A stretch of 11,996 nucleotides of DNA from Pseudothermotoga sp. (GCA_041640575.1 JBEPZZ010000052.1:1-11996), one strand, 5' to 3'; counted from the stretch's first letter, positions 1-8,854 are shown. Program-made: numbers and translations. Notes: a model not told the origin generated them from the sequence alone.

Positions 1-1309
1 CAGACAAGAAAATCTGGAGATACTTTTTCCTTTTCAGTCCTACCCCGTGTTCGCCTGTAATTGTCCCGCCCAATTTTGCAGTGAATTGGTAAAGCTCAAC
101 TAAAGCCTTTTCAAGATTCACTTTCCAAGATTGTTCGTCCATCCAATCCGGCTTTAAAAAAGTTACATGAACGTTACCATCACCTACATGCCCAAAGTTT
201 AATACTTCGATTTGATAAGTTTGTGCAATTTCGTAAGTCTTCATTATCAGATTCGGAATTTCTTTGATCGGTACACTGACATCTTCCATGCAATGTCTTG
301 GTCTAAAGGCTAATATTCCCTCTGCTATAGCTTTTCTGAATTTCCAAATTTTCAACCTTTGGTATCTGTTGTCTGCAATGTAAACCTCCAAAGCTCCCAT
401 TTGTTGAAGTTTTTCTCCAAGATTTATGTAGGATTTAAAAAGTCCGTCCTTGTCTAAACCGTCAACTTCGATTATCAAGTGACATTTGGCATCTAGATGA
501 GGAATATTTTCAGACAAAAACTTAGAGGCCATTGAAGCTGATTGCTCATCCATGAACTCTATTGAGTTTGGTAAGATTCCTGACTCAGACAAAATTCTTG
601 GCACAGAAAGAACCGCTTTCTCAACACTGTCGAAGGGTGCAAGCAATGTTGCTAGGTACTTTGGTTTCGGTATTAACCGAACAATTATCTTGGTTACTAT
701 ACCAAGAGTTCCTTCGCTCCCAACAAAAAGTCTTATCATGTCGTAACCCATAACATTTTTCAACACTTTGCCACCAAAGTTGACTATCTCACCGGTTGGC
801 AGAACTACCTCTAACCCGAGGATGTGGTGACTTGTTGGACCGTACTTAAGAACTCTGACTCCACCGGCATTTTCGGCAACGTTGCCGCCGATCGAAGAAC
901 TTTCACTGCTCGCTGGATCACCAGCGTAGAACAAACCATATTCTTCTGCAAGTTTTTGAATCTCGTGTGTTATTACGCCAGGTTCGACAACAGCAACCAT
1001 GTTTTCTTTGTCAAGTTCTATTATTCTGTTCATTTTCTCAAGTGAAAGTACTATCCCATCTTTTACGGGTACAGCTCCACCTGACAGCCCTGTACCAGCA
1101 CCTCTCGGAGTGACTGGAATTTTATATAGATTTGCCATTTTCATTATCTCGCTGATCTCCGAGGCTGATGCTGGAAAAACAATACAACAAGGCATCTGAT
1201 GATCTATCTCGCTTGTTTCGTCTTTAGAATATCTCTCTAGTTCCTCCGGATCAACTTTTACATTTTCCGAACCAACAATTTTCCTCAGTTTTTCTATAAA
1301 TTCATTCAT
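1..1309 (-). CDS. FAD-binding oxidoreductase, GlcD/LctD (D-lactate/glycolate/2-hydroxyacid dehydrogenase) family; 3' end truncated by window edge
   Basis: Manually translated open frame from ATG at 1309, overlapping the etfA stop: MNEFIEKLRKIVGSENVKVDPEELERYSKDET...PVTPRGAGTGLSGGAVP...EPGV...GDPASSESSSIGGNVAENAGG..LKYG...GYD...GSEGTLGIVT...EDVSVP...FGHVGDGNVH...GGTITGEHGVG. These are the FAD_binding_4 and FAD-oxidase_C motifs, including the metal-binding His/His/Glu. Missing from the ORF track because the stop lies outside the window. Confidence 0.93.
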   Translation of the reverse strand, partial: MNEFIEKLRKIVGSENVKVDPEELERYSKDETSEIDHQMPCCIVFPASASEISEIMKMANLYKIPVTPRGAGTGLSGGAVPVKDGIVLSLEKMNRIIELDKENMVAVVEPGVITHEIQKLAEEYGLFYAGDPASSESSSIGGNVAENAGGVRVLKYGPTSHHILGLEVVLPTGEIVNFGGKVLKNVMGYDMIRLFVGSEGTLGIVTKIIVRLIPKPKYLATLLAPFDSVEKAVLSVPRILSESGILPNSIEFMDEQSASMASKFLSENIPHLDAKCHLIIEVDGLDKDGLFKSYINLGEKLQQMGALEVYIADNRYQRLKIWKFRKAIAEGILAFRPRHCMEDVSVPIKEIPNLIMKTYEIAQTYQIEVLNFGHVGDGNVHVTFLKPDWMDEQSWKVNLEKALVELYQFTAKLGGTITGEHGVGLKRKKYLQIFLS

Positions 1310-2261
1310 TCGCCTCATCCTCCAGGGCTTTCAGAATCTGTTGCAAAGTTGAATAAGCATCTGCCACAATTCCGATATCGGCGACTCGAAAAATTGGTGC
1401 ATACCTATCTTTGTTTATTGCAATAATTATCTGTGATGTTTGCATTCCAGCAAGATGCTGCACTGCCCCCGATATACCTGCAGCAATATAAATTTTTGGT
1501 TTGACAACCTTTCCACTCAATCCAACCTGGTGGTCAAAAGAAACCCATTTTGCTTCAACAACAGCCCTTGTCGCTCCAACAGCTCCATTCGTCAATTTGG
1601 CAAGCTTGTGAACGATATCGAGATTTTCTTTCCTCCTCAAGCCCTTGCCAACCGAAACTATTACATCTGCCTCCTCGATTTTCGCTTCTTCTTCTCTAGG
1701 TTTGCGTTCGACAATTTCACATCTGTCTGCTACAAAGATAGGTTCCTCATAGGTGAATTCAGTTTTTTCTTTCTTTGGTGGATTTAGTTGAAAAACTTTC
1801 GGTCTGACTGTAGCCATTTGTGGCCTAGTTGAGGTGATGATTGTTGCCATGACATTTCCGCCTATAGCAGGACGTGTTTGAAGCAAATTTCCATCTTTAT
1901 CAATTTCAAGTTCTGTACAGTCAGCGGTCAGCCCAGTTCTCAGCTTTGCAGCTAATGCTGGCATTAAGGTTCGACCAAATGTGGTGGCAGAAGCAAGAAT
2001 TATACTGGGTTGGTATTTCTCTACGATTCTCTTCGCATTCAGCAAAAATGGATACAGCGAAAAGGTTTCGAATTGTTTTGAAACCATCAAAATAACCTTG
2101 TCAACATATCCTTTTAAGACTTCGATTTTTTCTTGGTTCGCAATCATTAAAAGCAATCCCACTGTATAATTTTTTCTCTCAGCAAGCTCACACGCTTTGC
2201 TTAGCAATTCCAGTGTGTTCCTATCGACCTTGTTACTTATAACCAGCAACACAAATATCAC
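1302..2261 (-). CDS. etfA: Electron transfer flavoprotein alpha subunit (EtfA/FixB family)
   Basis: Motifs GLTADCT, TRPAIGGNVMATI, RPQMATVRP, GAVGATRAVV, HQVGLSGKVVKP, GISGAVQHLAGM, IAINKD..APIF..AD.GIVAD. GTG start overlaps the etfB stop (GTGA). Confidence 0.96.
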   Translation of the reverse strand: MIFVLLVISNKVDRNTLELLSKACELAERKNYTVGLLLMIANQEKIEVLKGYVDKVILMVSKQFETFSLYPFLLNAKRIVEKYQPSIILASATTFGRTLMPALAAKLRTGLTADCTELEIDKDGNLLQTRPAIGGNVMATIITSTRPQMATVRPKVFQLNPPKKEKTEFTYEEPIFVADRCEIVERKPREEEAKIEEADVIVSVGKGLRRKENLDIVHKLAKLTNGAVGATRAVVEAKWVSFDHQVGLSGKVVKPKIYIAAGISGAVQHLAGMQTSQIIIAINKDRYAPIFRVADIGIVADAYSTLQQILKALEDEANE

Positions 2262-3049
2262 TTCCCAACGAATGGCTTCAAAAGTTTGACAATTTTTTTC
2301 ACACCAACAATGGTTTCTTTACCAACGAAAAGCTCACAATTTCTAGTAAGCTTGGTGTTGTAAACCTTGACAACTTTTGTTGGAGAACCTTTAAGACCAA
2401 CCTCATCTGGTTTAAAGCCAAGACTTTCTGCGTTGTAAATTTCTACGTTTTTGTTTGAGGCTAGCTTCTTACCTGTCAAGGTTGCTAATCTGGGTTCTGC
2501 AACACTTTTCAAAACTGATAGTACAGCTGGCAGTTGAACCTTCCATTTTTCATACGCATCTTCCGTTGTTCTTTCGACAACGACGAAAGATTTCGAAACC
2601 TCAAGAACTTGCGATATGTACGTGACAACTGGCAAATTCAGCAGTACACCAAACTCTATTCCTACTTGTCCCGTTTCGCCATCAGTTGCTTTCTCTCCAC
2701 AAAGTACAAGATCATATTCAATCTTTAGTCTTCTAACTGCTTCAGAGAGAGTGTAACTTGTTGCCCAAGTATCTGAACCTGCGAAAGCTACATCAGTTAA
2801 CAAGATCGCTCGATCAGCCCCAAGAGCCAAGGAATCTCTCAACATTTCCTCTGTTTTAGTTGGTCCCATGCTTAAAACCGTGATGTGAGCACCAAATGTC
2901 TCCTTGATCCTCAAAGCAACTTCAAGAGCATGCATATCTAAAGGATTCATAACTGCGTCAAGGCCTTCGCGAATCATTGTGCCAGTTTTTTGATCTATCT
3001 TCACATTATCTGTATCTGGAACTTGTTTTGCAAGAACTAATATTTTCAT
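2258..3049 (-). CDS. etfB: Electron transfer flavoprotein beta subunit (EtfB/FixA family)
   Basis: MKILVLAKQVPDT, NPLDMHALE, LSMGP, FAGSDTWATS, GEKATDGETGQVG, EPR, GLKGSPTKV. Start moved to ATG 3049 because AAAGGAG lies just upstream; the ORF-track start at 3073 lacks an RBS. Confidence 0.96.
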   Translation of the reverse strand: MKILVLAKQVPDTDNVKIDQKTGTMIREGLDAVMNPLDMHALEVALRIKETFGAHITVLSMGPTKTEEMLRDSLALGADRAILLTDVAFAGSDTWATSYTLSEAVRRLKIEYDLVLCGEKATDGETGQVGIEFGVLLNLPVVTYISQVLEVSKSFVVVERTTEDAYEKWKVQLPAVLSVLKSVAEPRLATLTGKKLASNKNVEIYNAESLGFKPDEVGLKGSPTKVVKVYNTKLTRNCELFVGKETIVGVKKIVKLLKPFVGK

Positions 3050-3073
3050 GATACACACTCCTTTGCTGTACAT

Positions 3074-3131
3074 ATCTTATACCATCAAAGATACAAATGT
3101 AAAGACATATTGATTCAAAATGTGATATTAT
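3074..3131. promoter_or_regulatory. Putative back-to-back sigma70-type promoters with a shared palindrome (candidate GntR/HutC operator)
   Basis: Plus strand: AAGACA (3102-3107), 18 bp, TG-A-TATTAT (-10 at 3126-3131). Minus strand: TTTACA (3103-3098), 16 bp, TG-G-TATAAG (3081-3076). Palindrome ATGT-AAAG-ACAT (3097-3108) overlaps both -35 boxes. Confidence 0.5.
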
Positions 3132-3164
3132 ATGTTTGATAAGAAATTAAGGAGGGTTAGAGAT

Positions 3165-4676
3165 ATGACACTTTCCGAGCTTGTGGGGCAACTTTTTATC
3201 GTGGGATTTGAAGGTAAAGAGCTCAACGAGGAAACTGTTCGCGTTCTACAAGACATCAAGCCAGGTTTCATAATACTTTTTGCAAGAAACATTGAATCAC
3301 CAAAGCAATTGTATCAGCTTGTGAAAGATATTAGAAAAATTCTCGGTAATGATGTCATCTTTGCAATAGATCAAGAGGGAGGAATAGTTACAAGGCTGAG
3401 AAATGGTTTTACCGTTAGCCCTGGTGCAATGGCTATAGCAGCAACTGGTGACGAAAGCAATGCCTTTATTGCCGGACAAATATTAGCAGATGAAATGAGA
3501 ACCTTTGGAATAACTTGGAATTTGGCACCGGTTGTTGATATAAATGATAACCCAAATAATCCTGGAATTGGTGTGAGAAGCTTTGGCGATACACCGGAAA
3601 AAGTGGTTAAGTTTGCAAAATCTTTTTATGAGGGTTTAAACACAAAAAAAGTAGCAGCCTGCGCAAAGCATTTTCCAGGGAAAGGCAGCGTAAGTGTCGA
3701 TGCGCATCTTGATATGCCCGTCTTGGAAAAAGATCTTGAAGAAATGTTCTCATGGGAATTGATACCGTTCATCGAATTGATAAATGCAGGTATACCATCG
3801 ATAATGCCTTCACATATATTTCTTCCCAAGTTGCAGAGTGAAAGAATTCCGGCCACAATCTCCCCTGAAATAATCTTCGATTTGCTTCGTAAAAAATTAA
3901 AATATCAAGGTATCATCATAGCCGACGATCTTTTGATGGGAGGAATAACCAAGAATCTTCCAGTTGAAGAAGCCGTCGTGAAGGCATTCAAGGCTGGCGT
4001 AGACGTTTTAACAATTTGTCATGAACCAAATTTGCAAATCAGTTCGAAGAGATATCTTATGAAAATCATCGAAGAGGAACCAAGTCTTGCCAAAAGAGTT
4101 TTTGAAAGTTTTGAGAGAGTTAAAGCTTTCAAAAATGAATTTAGTGTAAAGGAGCTTTCAGATGAACTGGATTTTGATCCAGCCGAGCATCAAAAGACGA
4201 TGGAAAAAATAGCTCAAAGTTCAATTACCTTGGTCAAAGATCCTGATCATATGATACCTGTTCATCTGAGTGAAAACGACTTTGTTGTCACAGTTAGAAC
4301 AAGCAGGCTCGTACAGGTTGAAGAAACTGAACCAGGTGTACCCTTTGTGGCAAAAGAACTTGCAAAAGCTTTCAATGCAAAATTTTTGATTTTCGATCAA
4401 AATCAACCATTGCCAAACATATCTGGTAAAAGGTGTGTTGTATTCACGGAAAATGCACATTTACAGCATTGGCAAAAGGAACTTGTGAAAAACTTAAGAA
4501 CCAGGTTTGAAAAAGTTTTGCTTGTTGCCATGCGAAATCCATATGATTGCTTCATTGTTGAATCTTCAAGCATTTGTTCGTATGGATATGAATTGGTTTC
4601 ACAAATAGCTTTACTCAGGGTTCTTCTTGGTCAGGAAAAAGCTGTTGGAAAAATGCCAGTGGGGGTGCTTCAATGA
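3165..4676 (+). CDS. nagZ: Glycoside hydrolase family 3 beta-N-acetylhexosaminidase (NagZ-like, two-domain, no signal peptide)
   Basis: GQLFIVGF, ILFARNI, IDQEGGIVTRL, NLAPVVDIN.NP.NP.IG.RSFG, KHFPGKGxxxxDAH (His/Asp acid-base loop), nucleophile region IIADDLLMGGI, C-terminal domain with VAMRNPYD. Start set at ATG 3165 after AAGGAGG. Confidence 0.88.
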   Translation: MTLSELVGQLFIVGFEGKELNEETVRVLQDIKPGFIILFARNIESPKQLYQLVKDIRKILGNDVIFAIDQEGGIVTRLRNGFTVSPGAMAIAATGDESNAFIAGQILADEMRTFGITWNLAPVVDINDNPNNPGIGVRSFGDTPEKVVKFAKSFYEGLNTKKVAACAKHFPGKGSVSVDAHLDMPVLEKDLEEMFSWELIPFIELINAGIPSIMPSHIFLPKLQSERIPATISPEIIFDLLRKKLKYQGIIIADDLLMGGITKNLPVEEAVVKAFKAGVDVLTICHEPNLQISSKRYLMKIIEEEPSLAKRVFESFERVKAFKNEFSVKELSDELDFDPAEHQKTMEKIAQSSITLVKDPDHMIPVHLSENDFVVTVRTSRLVQVEETEPGVPFVAKELAKAFNAKFLIFDQNQPLPNISGKRCVVFTENAHLQHWQKELVKNLRTRFEKVLLVAMRNPYDCFIVESSSICSYGYELVSQIALLRVLLGQEKAVGKMPVGVLQ

Positions 4677-5578
4677 ATCTATCGAGTTTACCGACAGAAA
4701 TGCCTAATCCGAAAACGAAAGACCTTGATAATAAAGAAACAATAGAAATATTGAGATTGATAAACGAAGAGGACGCACTTGTCGCCTTGGCAATTCGAAA
4801 TGTACTTAACGAAATTGATCAGGCTGTGAAGCTTATTTTACAATGCTTAAAAGCTGGAGGTAGAGTCTTCTACGTTGGTGCAGGTACAAGTGGCCGAGTT
4901 GCATACATGGATGCCGTTGAACTCGTTCCAACTTACAGTATTCCTGAAGGTGTCGTGATACCCATAATAGCCGGTGGGAAGGAAGCTCTTTCAAAATCGA
5001 TCGAAGGAGTTGAAGACAATGAAGAATTGGGAGCTGAGGACTTGAAAAAGTATCTGATTAACCAAAAAGATATAGTTCTAGGAATAGCAGCAAGTGGAAG
5101 AACACCTTACGTAGCAGGAGCACTCAAATACGCGAAGCAAATAGGTTGCAAAAGGATTTTGCTTTGCAATGTTAATAAGCCCCTGCTGGGTGAACTTGCA
5201 GATATCGTGATCAGTGTAGAAACTGGTCCTGAGGTTGTTGCTGGTAGCACAAGAATGAAAGCTGGCACAGCTCAAAAGATGGTTCTCAACATGATTAGCA
5301 CAACAGTTATGGTGAAGATGGGAAAAGTATACGATAACTTGATGATCGATGTTATGGTTTTGAACAAGAAACTAAAAGAACGTGCTCAGAATATTGTCTC
5401 CTATATCACTGGTGTGGATTCAAAAACCGCTGCAGAAAATTTGAAACGAGCTGGATACAACGTAAAATTAGCAATATTGATGACAATCACAAACAAAGAC
5501 TTGAATGAATGCCAGAAAATCCTTCAACAAGAACCTAACCTGAGAAGAGCAATAGAATTGGCAACATGTCAAAAATAA
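4673..5578 (+). CDS. murQ: N-acetylmuramic acid 6-phosphate etherase
   Basis: TE..NP.T..LD, GGRVFYVGAGTSGR, DAVELVPTY and EGVED (the two catalytic Glu positions), GIAASGRTPYV, GPEVVAGSTRMKAGTAQKMVLNMIST, GKVYDNLMIDV...N.KL.ERA. ATGA overlap with the GH3 gene. Confidence 0.97.
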   Translation: MNLSSLPTEMPNPKTKDLDNKETIEILRLINEEDALVALAIRNVLNEIDQAVKLILQCLKAGGRVFYVGAGTSGRVAYMDAVELVPTYSIPEGVVIPIIAGGKEALSKSIEGVEDNEELGAEDLKKYLINQKDIVLGIAASGRTPYVAGALKYAKQIGCKRILLCNVNKPLLGELADIVISVETGPEVVAGSTRMKAGTAQKMVLNMISTTVMVKMGKVYDNLMIDVMVLNKKLKERAQNIVSYITGVDSKTAAENLKRAGYNVKLAILMTITNKDLNECQKILQQEPNLRRAIELATCQK

Positions 5579-5608
5579 CTGGTATTATTCATCTAGAGGT
5601 GATTGTTC

Positions 5609-6358
5609 ATGGATAAGGAGTATCCAGTCCCATTGTATTACAAGGTGTACAAAGATATAAAGCAAAAGATTTTGGATGGTGTTTACAAACCAGGTGATCG
5701 AATTCCACCTGAATCAGAATTAGTTTCAAATTACAACGTTAGCCGCCTAACCATTCGAAGGGCATTGGAAGAACTTCGCTCCGAAGGTTTCATAACTCGC
5801 GCAAAAGGAAGAGGGACCTTCATAACTGGTAAAAAAGAAGAAGAGCAAATGAACGTTTTGAAAGGATTTACTGACAAAGCAAGAGAAGAAGGTGTGACGG
5901 TTAGATCGCTTGTGTTGGAGAACAGGCTTGTCGAGATTCCCAGTGAGCTAACACAGGTTTTCAACCTTGAAACTGGGACAATGGTTATTCTGTTGAAACG
6001 AGTTAGGTACATGAATGAAGAACCTGTAGCTATCGAAAGTGCTTACCTCAACACCGCCATCGATGTAAGATTGCTTAACATTCTAAAGAAAGATATGTCA
6101 AAAGAGTCGCTTTATGAATTCATAAGAAACGAACTCAAGATACCCTTGCTCAGAGCTTTCGAAGAACTTGAGGTGGGCCAGGTTTCTGGAAATGATGCCA
6201 GATTGTTATCGATTGCTCCAGGATCTTGTGTTCTTTTGAGAAAACGCTATACTTACACGACAAACAGTAGATGTATAGAGTACGTCAGATCGATATACCG
6301 TGGTGACAGATATCGATTCAAAATCGAATTGAAAACAAGTGGGACTTTTGAAAAATAA
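5609..6358 (+). CDS. GntR-family transcriptional regulator, HutC/NagR(YvoA) subfamily with UTRA domain
   Basis: PLYYKV...GDRIPPESEL...YNVSRLTIRRALEELRSEG.I.R.KGRGTF winged HTH; C-terminal UTRA features LKRVRYMNEEPVAIESAYL, SLYE, IEYVRSIYRGDRYRF. ATG 5609 follows GAGGTGA (ORF track uses TTG 5603). Confidence 0.93.
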   Translation: MDKEYPVPLYYKVYKDIKQKILDGVYKPGDRIPPESELVSNYNVSRLTIRRALEELRSEGFITRAKGRGTFITGKKEEEQMNVLKGFTDKAREEGVTVRSLVLENRLVEIPSELTQVFNLETGTMVILLKRVRYMNEEPVAIESAYLNTAIDVRLLNILKKDMSKESLYEFIRNELKIPLLRAFEELEVGQVSGNDARLLSIAPGSCVLLRKRYTYTTNSRCIEYVRSIYRGDRYRFKIELKTSGTFEK

Positions 6359-6393
6359 CTTTCCTTTACAGTTTTTGAAGGGAGTGGATCGAT

Positions 6394-7890
6394 ATGAAGA
6401 GGTTGCTGGTTGTTGCTTTTTTGGTTTGTTTGTCATTGCTTTTTGCCCAGACAAGAGGAGGAAAGTTAACAATTGCAATGGATGTTGAACCTGTCGGCCT
6501 TGATCCAACACTTGTAACTGCATTTGCCTCGCACAGAATTCTCGAAAATATCTATGATGGACTTTTAAGGTTTAGTGAAGACATGAAATTGGTCCCAAAT
6601 CTGGCACAAAGTTATACGGTTGTAGACCCTTACACAATTGTTTTCGAACTCAGAAGCAATGTCAAATTCCACGATGGAACACCATTAACTGCTGATGACG
6701 TTCTGTTTACCTTTCAAAGAATTATGGATCCCAATGTTAAGTCTCCGGCTGCTACTTTTTATCAGGACGTTGAATCGGTAACTGCAGACGGCAACAAGAT
6801 TTTGTTTAAGCTTAAAAAGCCCATGGCTAATTCGTTGTTACCTAATTTTGCCGGTGTGAATAGCTCAATCATTTCGAAAGCTTTTGCTGAAAAAGGAGAA
6901 AATTTACAGTTGAAAACAAATGGAACAGGCCCATTTATACTGGCAGAATACGTGGCGGGAAATTATATGGTTTTGAAAAGAAATCCAAATTATTTCATCG
7001 ATGGATTACCCTACTTGGATGAGATTAAGATAATCTTTATGCCAGAAGAAATCTCCAGGGTTGCAGCGCTTAAAAATGGTGATGTAGATTTAGCAAGAAT
7101 ATACGAACCAACAAATTTAAAACAATTCGTCACCGAGGCTTTCAAAATCTATCGTTCACCTGTCCTTAGCTATTACTTGATAGGTTTGAACACAACACGT
7201 GGTCCTCTAAAAGATCCAGCGGTACGAAATGCTCTAAACTATGCACTCAACAGGGACGCAATTGTAAAAGTGGTTGCACTTTCTGAAGGTGTAGTCACAG
7301 GACCTATGAATCCTATGGTTCAACCTTGGGCACTACTTCCAAATGACTTTGACGAATACAAGTATGATCCAGCAAAAGCCAAGAAGTTACTAAGCGATGC
7401 AGGTTATCCAAACGGATTCGACCTTGAAATTATGACATCCCAGCGTTATAACTTTGATAAAGTAGCACAGGTTGTTCAAGCTCAGCTAGCAGCAATTGGC
7501 GTTAGAGTAAAAATCGATCTTGTGGAATGGGGGATATTCATAAGCAGATGGCGTGAAAGCAATTTCGATGCTTTCATATCAATGAATTCAGGATCAATAG
7601 AACCAGACATACAATTTTACAGACATTTTGTAACTGGCGGTTCAACAAATGTTTTTAAGTATTCGAACCCAAGAGTTGATGAATTACTCGAAATGGGAAG
7701 AAACACCGTGGATTCGAAGAAAAGAAAGCAGATATATGATGAACTCCAAAGAATTCTTGTAAAAGATTCGCCAGTGATCTTCTTGTATTGTTCAAATCAA
7801 CTTTTTGTAAGTAATTCTTCAGTTGAAGGATTTAAACTTCTGCCCAATGAAAGCCTTATATTCCTGAGAGAGACATGGAAAAGGCGGTAA
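6394..7890 (+). CDS. ABC transporter substrate-binding protein, family 5 (Opp/Dpp/Nik-like)
   Basis: Signal peptide MKRLLVVAFLVCLSLLFA, GG.L.IA....P.GLDP, IYDGLL, PNLA, F.LR.NVKFHDGTPLTADDV.FT, GTGPF, VR.ALNYA.NR, YDPAKAKKLL.DAGYPNG. RBS GGGAG upstream. Confidence 0.95.
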   Translation: MKRLLVVAFLVCLSLLFAQTRGGKLTIAMDVEPVGLDPTLVTAFASHRILENIYDGLLRFSEDMKLVPNLAQSYTVVDPYTIVFELRSNVKFHDGTPLTADDVLFTFQRIMDPNVKSPAATFYQDVESVTADGNKILFKLKKPMANSLLPNFAGVNSSIISKAFAEKGENLQLKTNGTGPFILAEYVAGNYMVLKRNPNYFIDGLPYLDEIKIIFMPEEISRVAALKNGDVDLARIYEPTNLKQFVTEAFKIYRSPVLSYYLIGLNTTRGPLKDPAVRNALNYALNRDAIVKVVALSEGVVTGPMNPMVQPWALLPNDFDEYKYDPAKAKKLLSDAGYPNGFDLEIMTSQRYNFDKVAQVVQAQLAAIGVRVKIDLVEWGIFISRWRESNFDAFISMNSGSIEPDIQFYRHFVTGGSTNVFKYSNPRVDELLEMGRNTVDSKKRKQIYDELQRILVKDSPVIFLYCSNQLFVSNSSVEGFKLLPNESLIFLRETWKRR

Positions 7891-7894
7891 AAAA

Positions 7895-8848
7895 ATGGGT
7901 TTGAGTTACTTGATTAGGCGAGTTATAACAGCTGTTCCAACAGTTTTACTTGTTGCCTTTCTTGTGTTCGTGGCAATGCATATTGTTCCTGGAAACATCG
8001 TAGATATAATTCTTGGGACTCAGAATTATCTGACGAAAGAACAAATAAACGAGATGTATAGAGAATATGGCCTAGACAAGCCCGTAATAATTCAGTTTGC
8101 ACTTTGGTTGAAAAATGTTTTCAGCTTGAACTTTGGCTATTCGCTTAGAACTGGTAAGAGTGTGTTTGGGTTGATCTATGAAAGGTTTCCTGTGACACTT
8201 CAACTATCTGTTTCTTCCATGCTTATAGCTTGGGCAATAGGCATACCTCTTGGCTTGGTGGCCGCTTTGAAGAAGAATACCTTCATTGATTCAATAATTA
8301 GAATCATAGGTTTGTTAGGCCTTTCGTCCCCATCCTTCTGGGTGGGGGCGATCTTCATTGTAATCTTTGCTTCATTTGTAAGAGGTTTCAACATATTTGG
8401 CTATGTCCCGTTGTACAAAAGCTTGGGTGAGAACCTTCAAGTAATGTTTTTACCTTCCCTTACAATTGGACTGATGCTCTCAGCCCAGCTTATGCGAATG
8501 ACTAGGGCTTCAATGATTGAAGTACTTGCTCAAGAATACATACGCACGGCAAGGGCCAAGGGTGTGAATTCAAGAACCTTAATTATGAAGCATGCACTGA
8601 AAAATGCTTTGATTCCTGTTATTACCCTTTCTGGAATCCAACTTGGTTACCTATTAGCTGGCAGTATAGTTGTGGAAAACATGTTTGCATTACCAGGTAT
8701 TGGAAGATTGCTTTTACAAGCCGTGAACGAGAGAGACTACCCAGTAATCCAAGGAGTGGTTACAGTTATAGCGTTCTTGATAGTTCTACTGAACATAGTG
8801 GTGGATTTCATATACACGCTCGTAGACCCACGTGTTGAGCTTAGGTGA
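7895..8848 (+). CDS. ABC transporter permease (OppB/DppB-like)
   Basis: YLIRR, GLDKP..Q, ERFPVTLQL, SSPSFW, EAA loop RASMIEVLAQEYIRTARAKG, KHALKNALIP, VENMFALPGIGRLL, RDYPVIQG, VDPR. Confidence 0.95.
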   Translation: MGLSYLIRRVITAVPTVLLVAFLVFVAMHIVPGNIVDIILGTQNYLTKEQINEMYREYGLDKPVIIQFALWLKNVFSLNFGYSLRTGKSVFGLIYERFPVTLQLSVSSMLIAWAIGIPLGLVAALKKNTFIDSIIRIIGLLGLSSPSFWVGAIFIVIFASFVRGFNIFGYVPLYKSLGENLQVMFLPSLTIGLMLSAQLMRMTRASMIEVLAQEYIRTARAKGVNSRTLIMKHALKNALIPVITLSGIQLGYLLAGSIVVENMFALPGIGRLLLQAVNERDYPVIQGVVTVIAFLIVLLNIVVDFIYTLVDPRVELR

Positions 8849-8854
8849 TGATAG

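Noticed and set aside
552..2728. Short plus-strand ORFs (552-746, 562-753, 824-1045, 999-1199, 1440-1787, 1874-2095, 1981-2169, 2534-2728)
   Set aside because: Antisense shadows of the well-supported minus-strand dehydrogenase, etfA and etfB genes.
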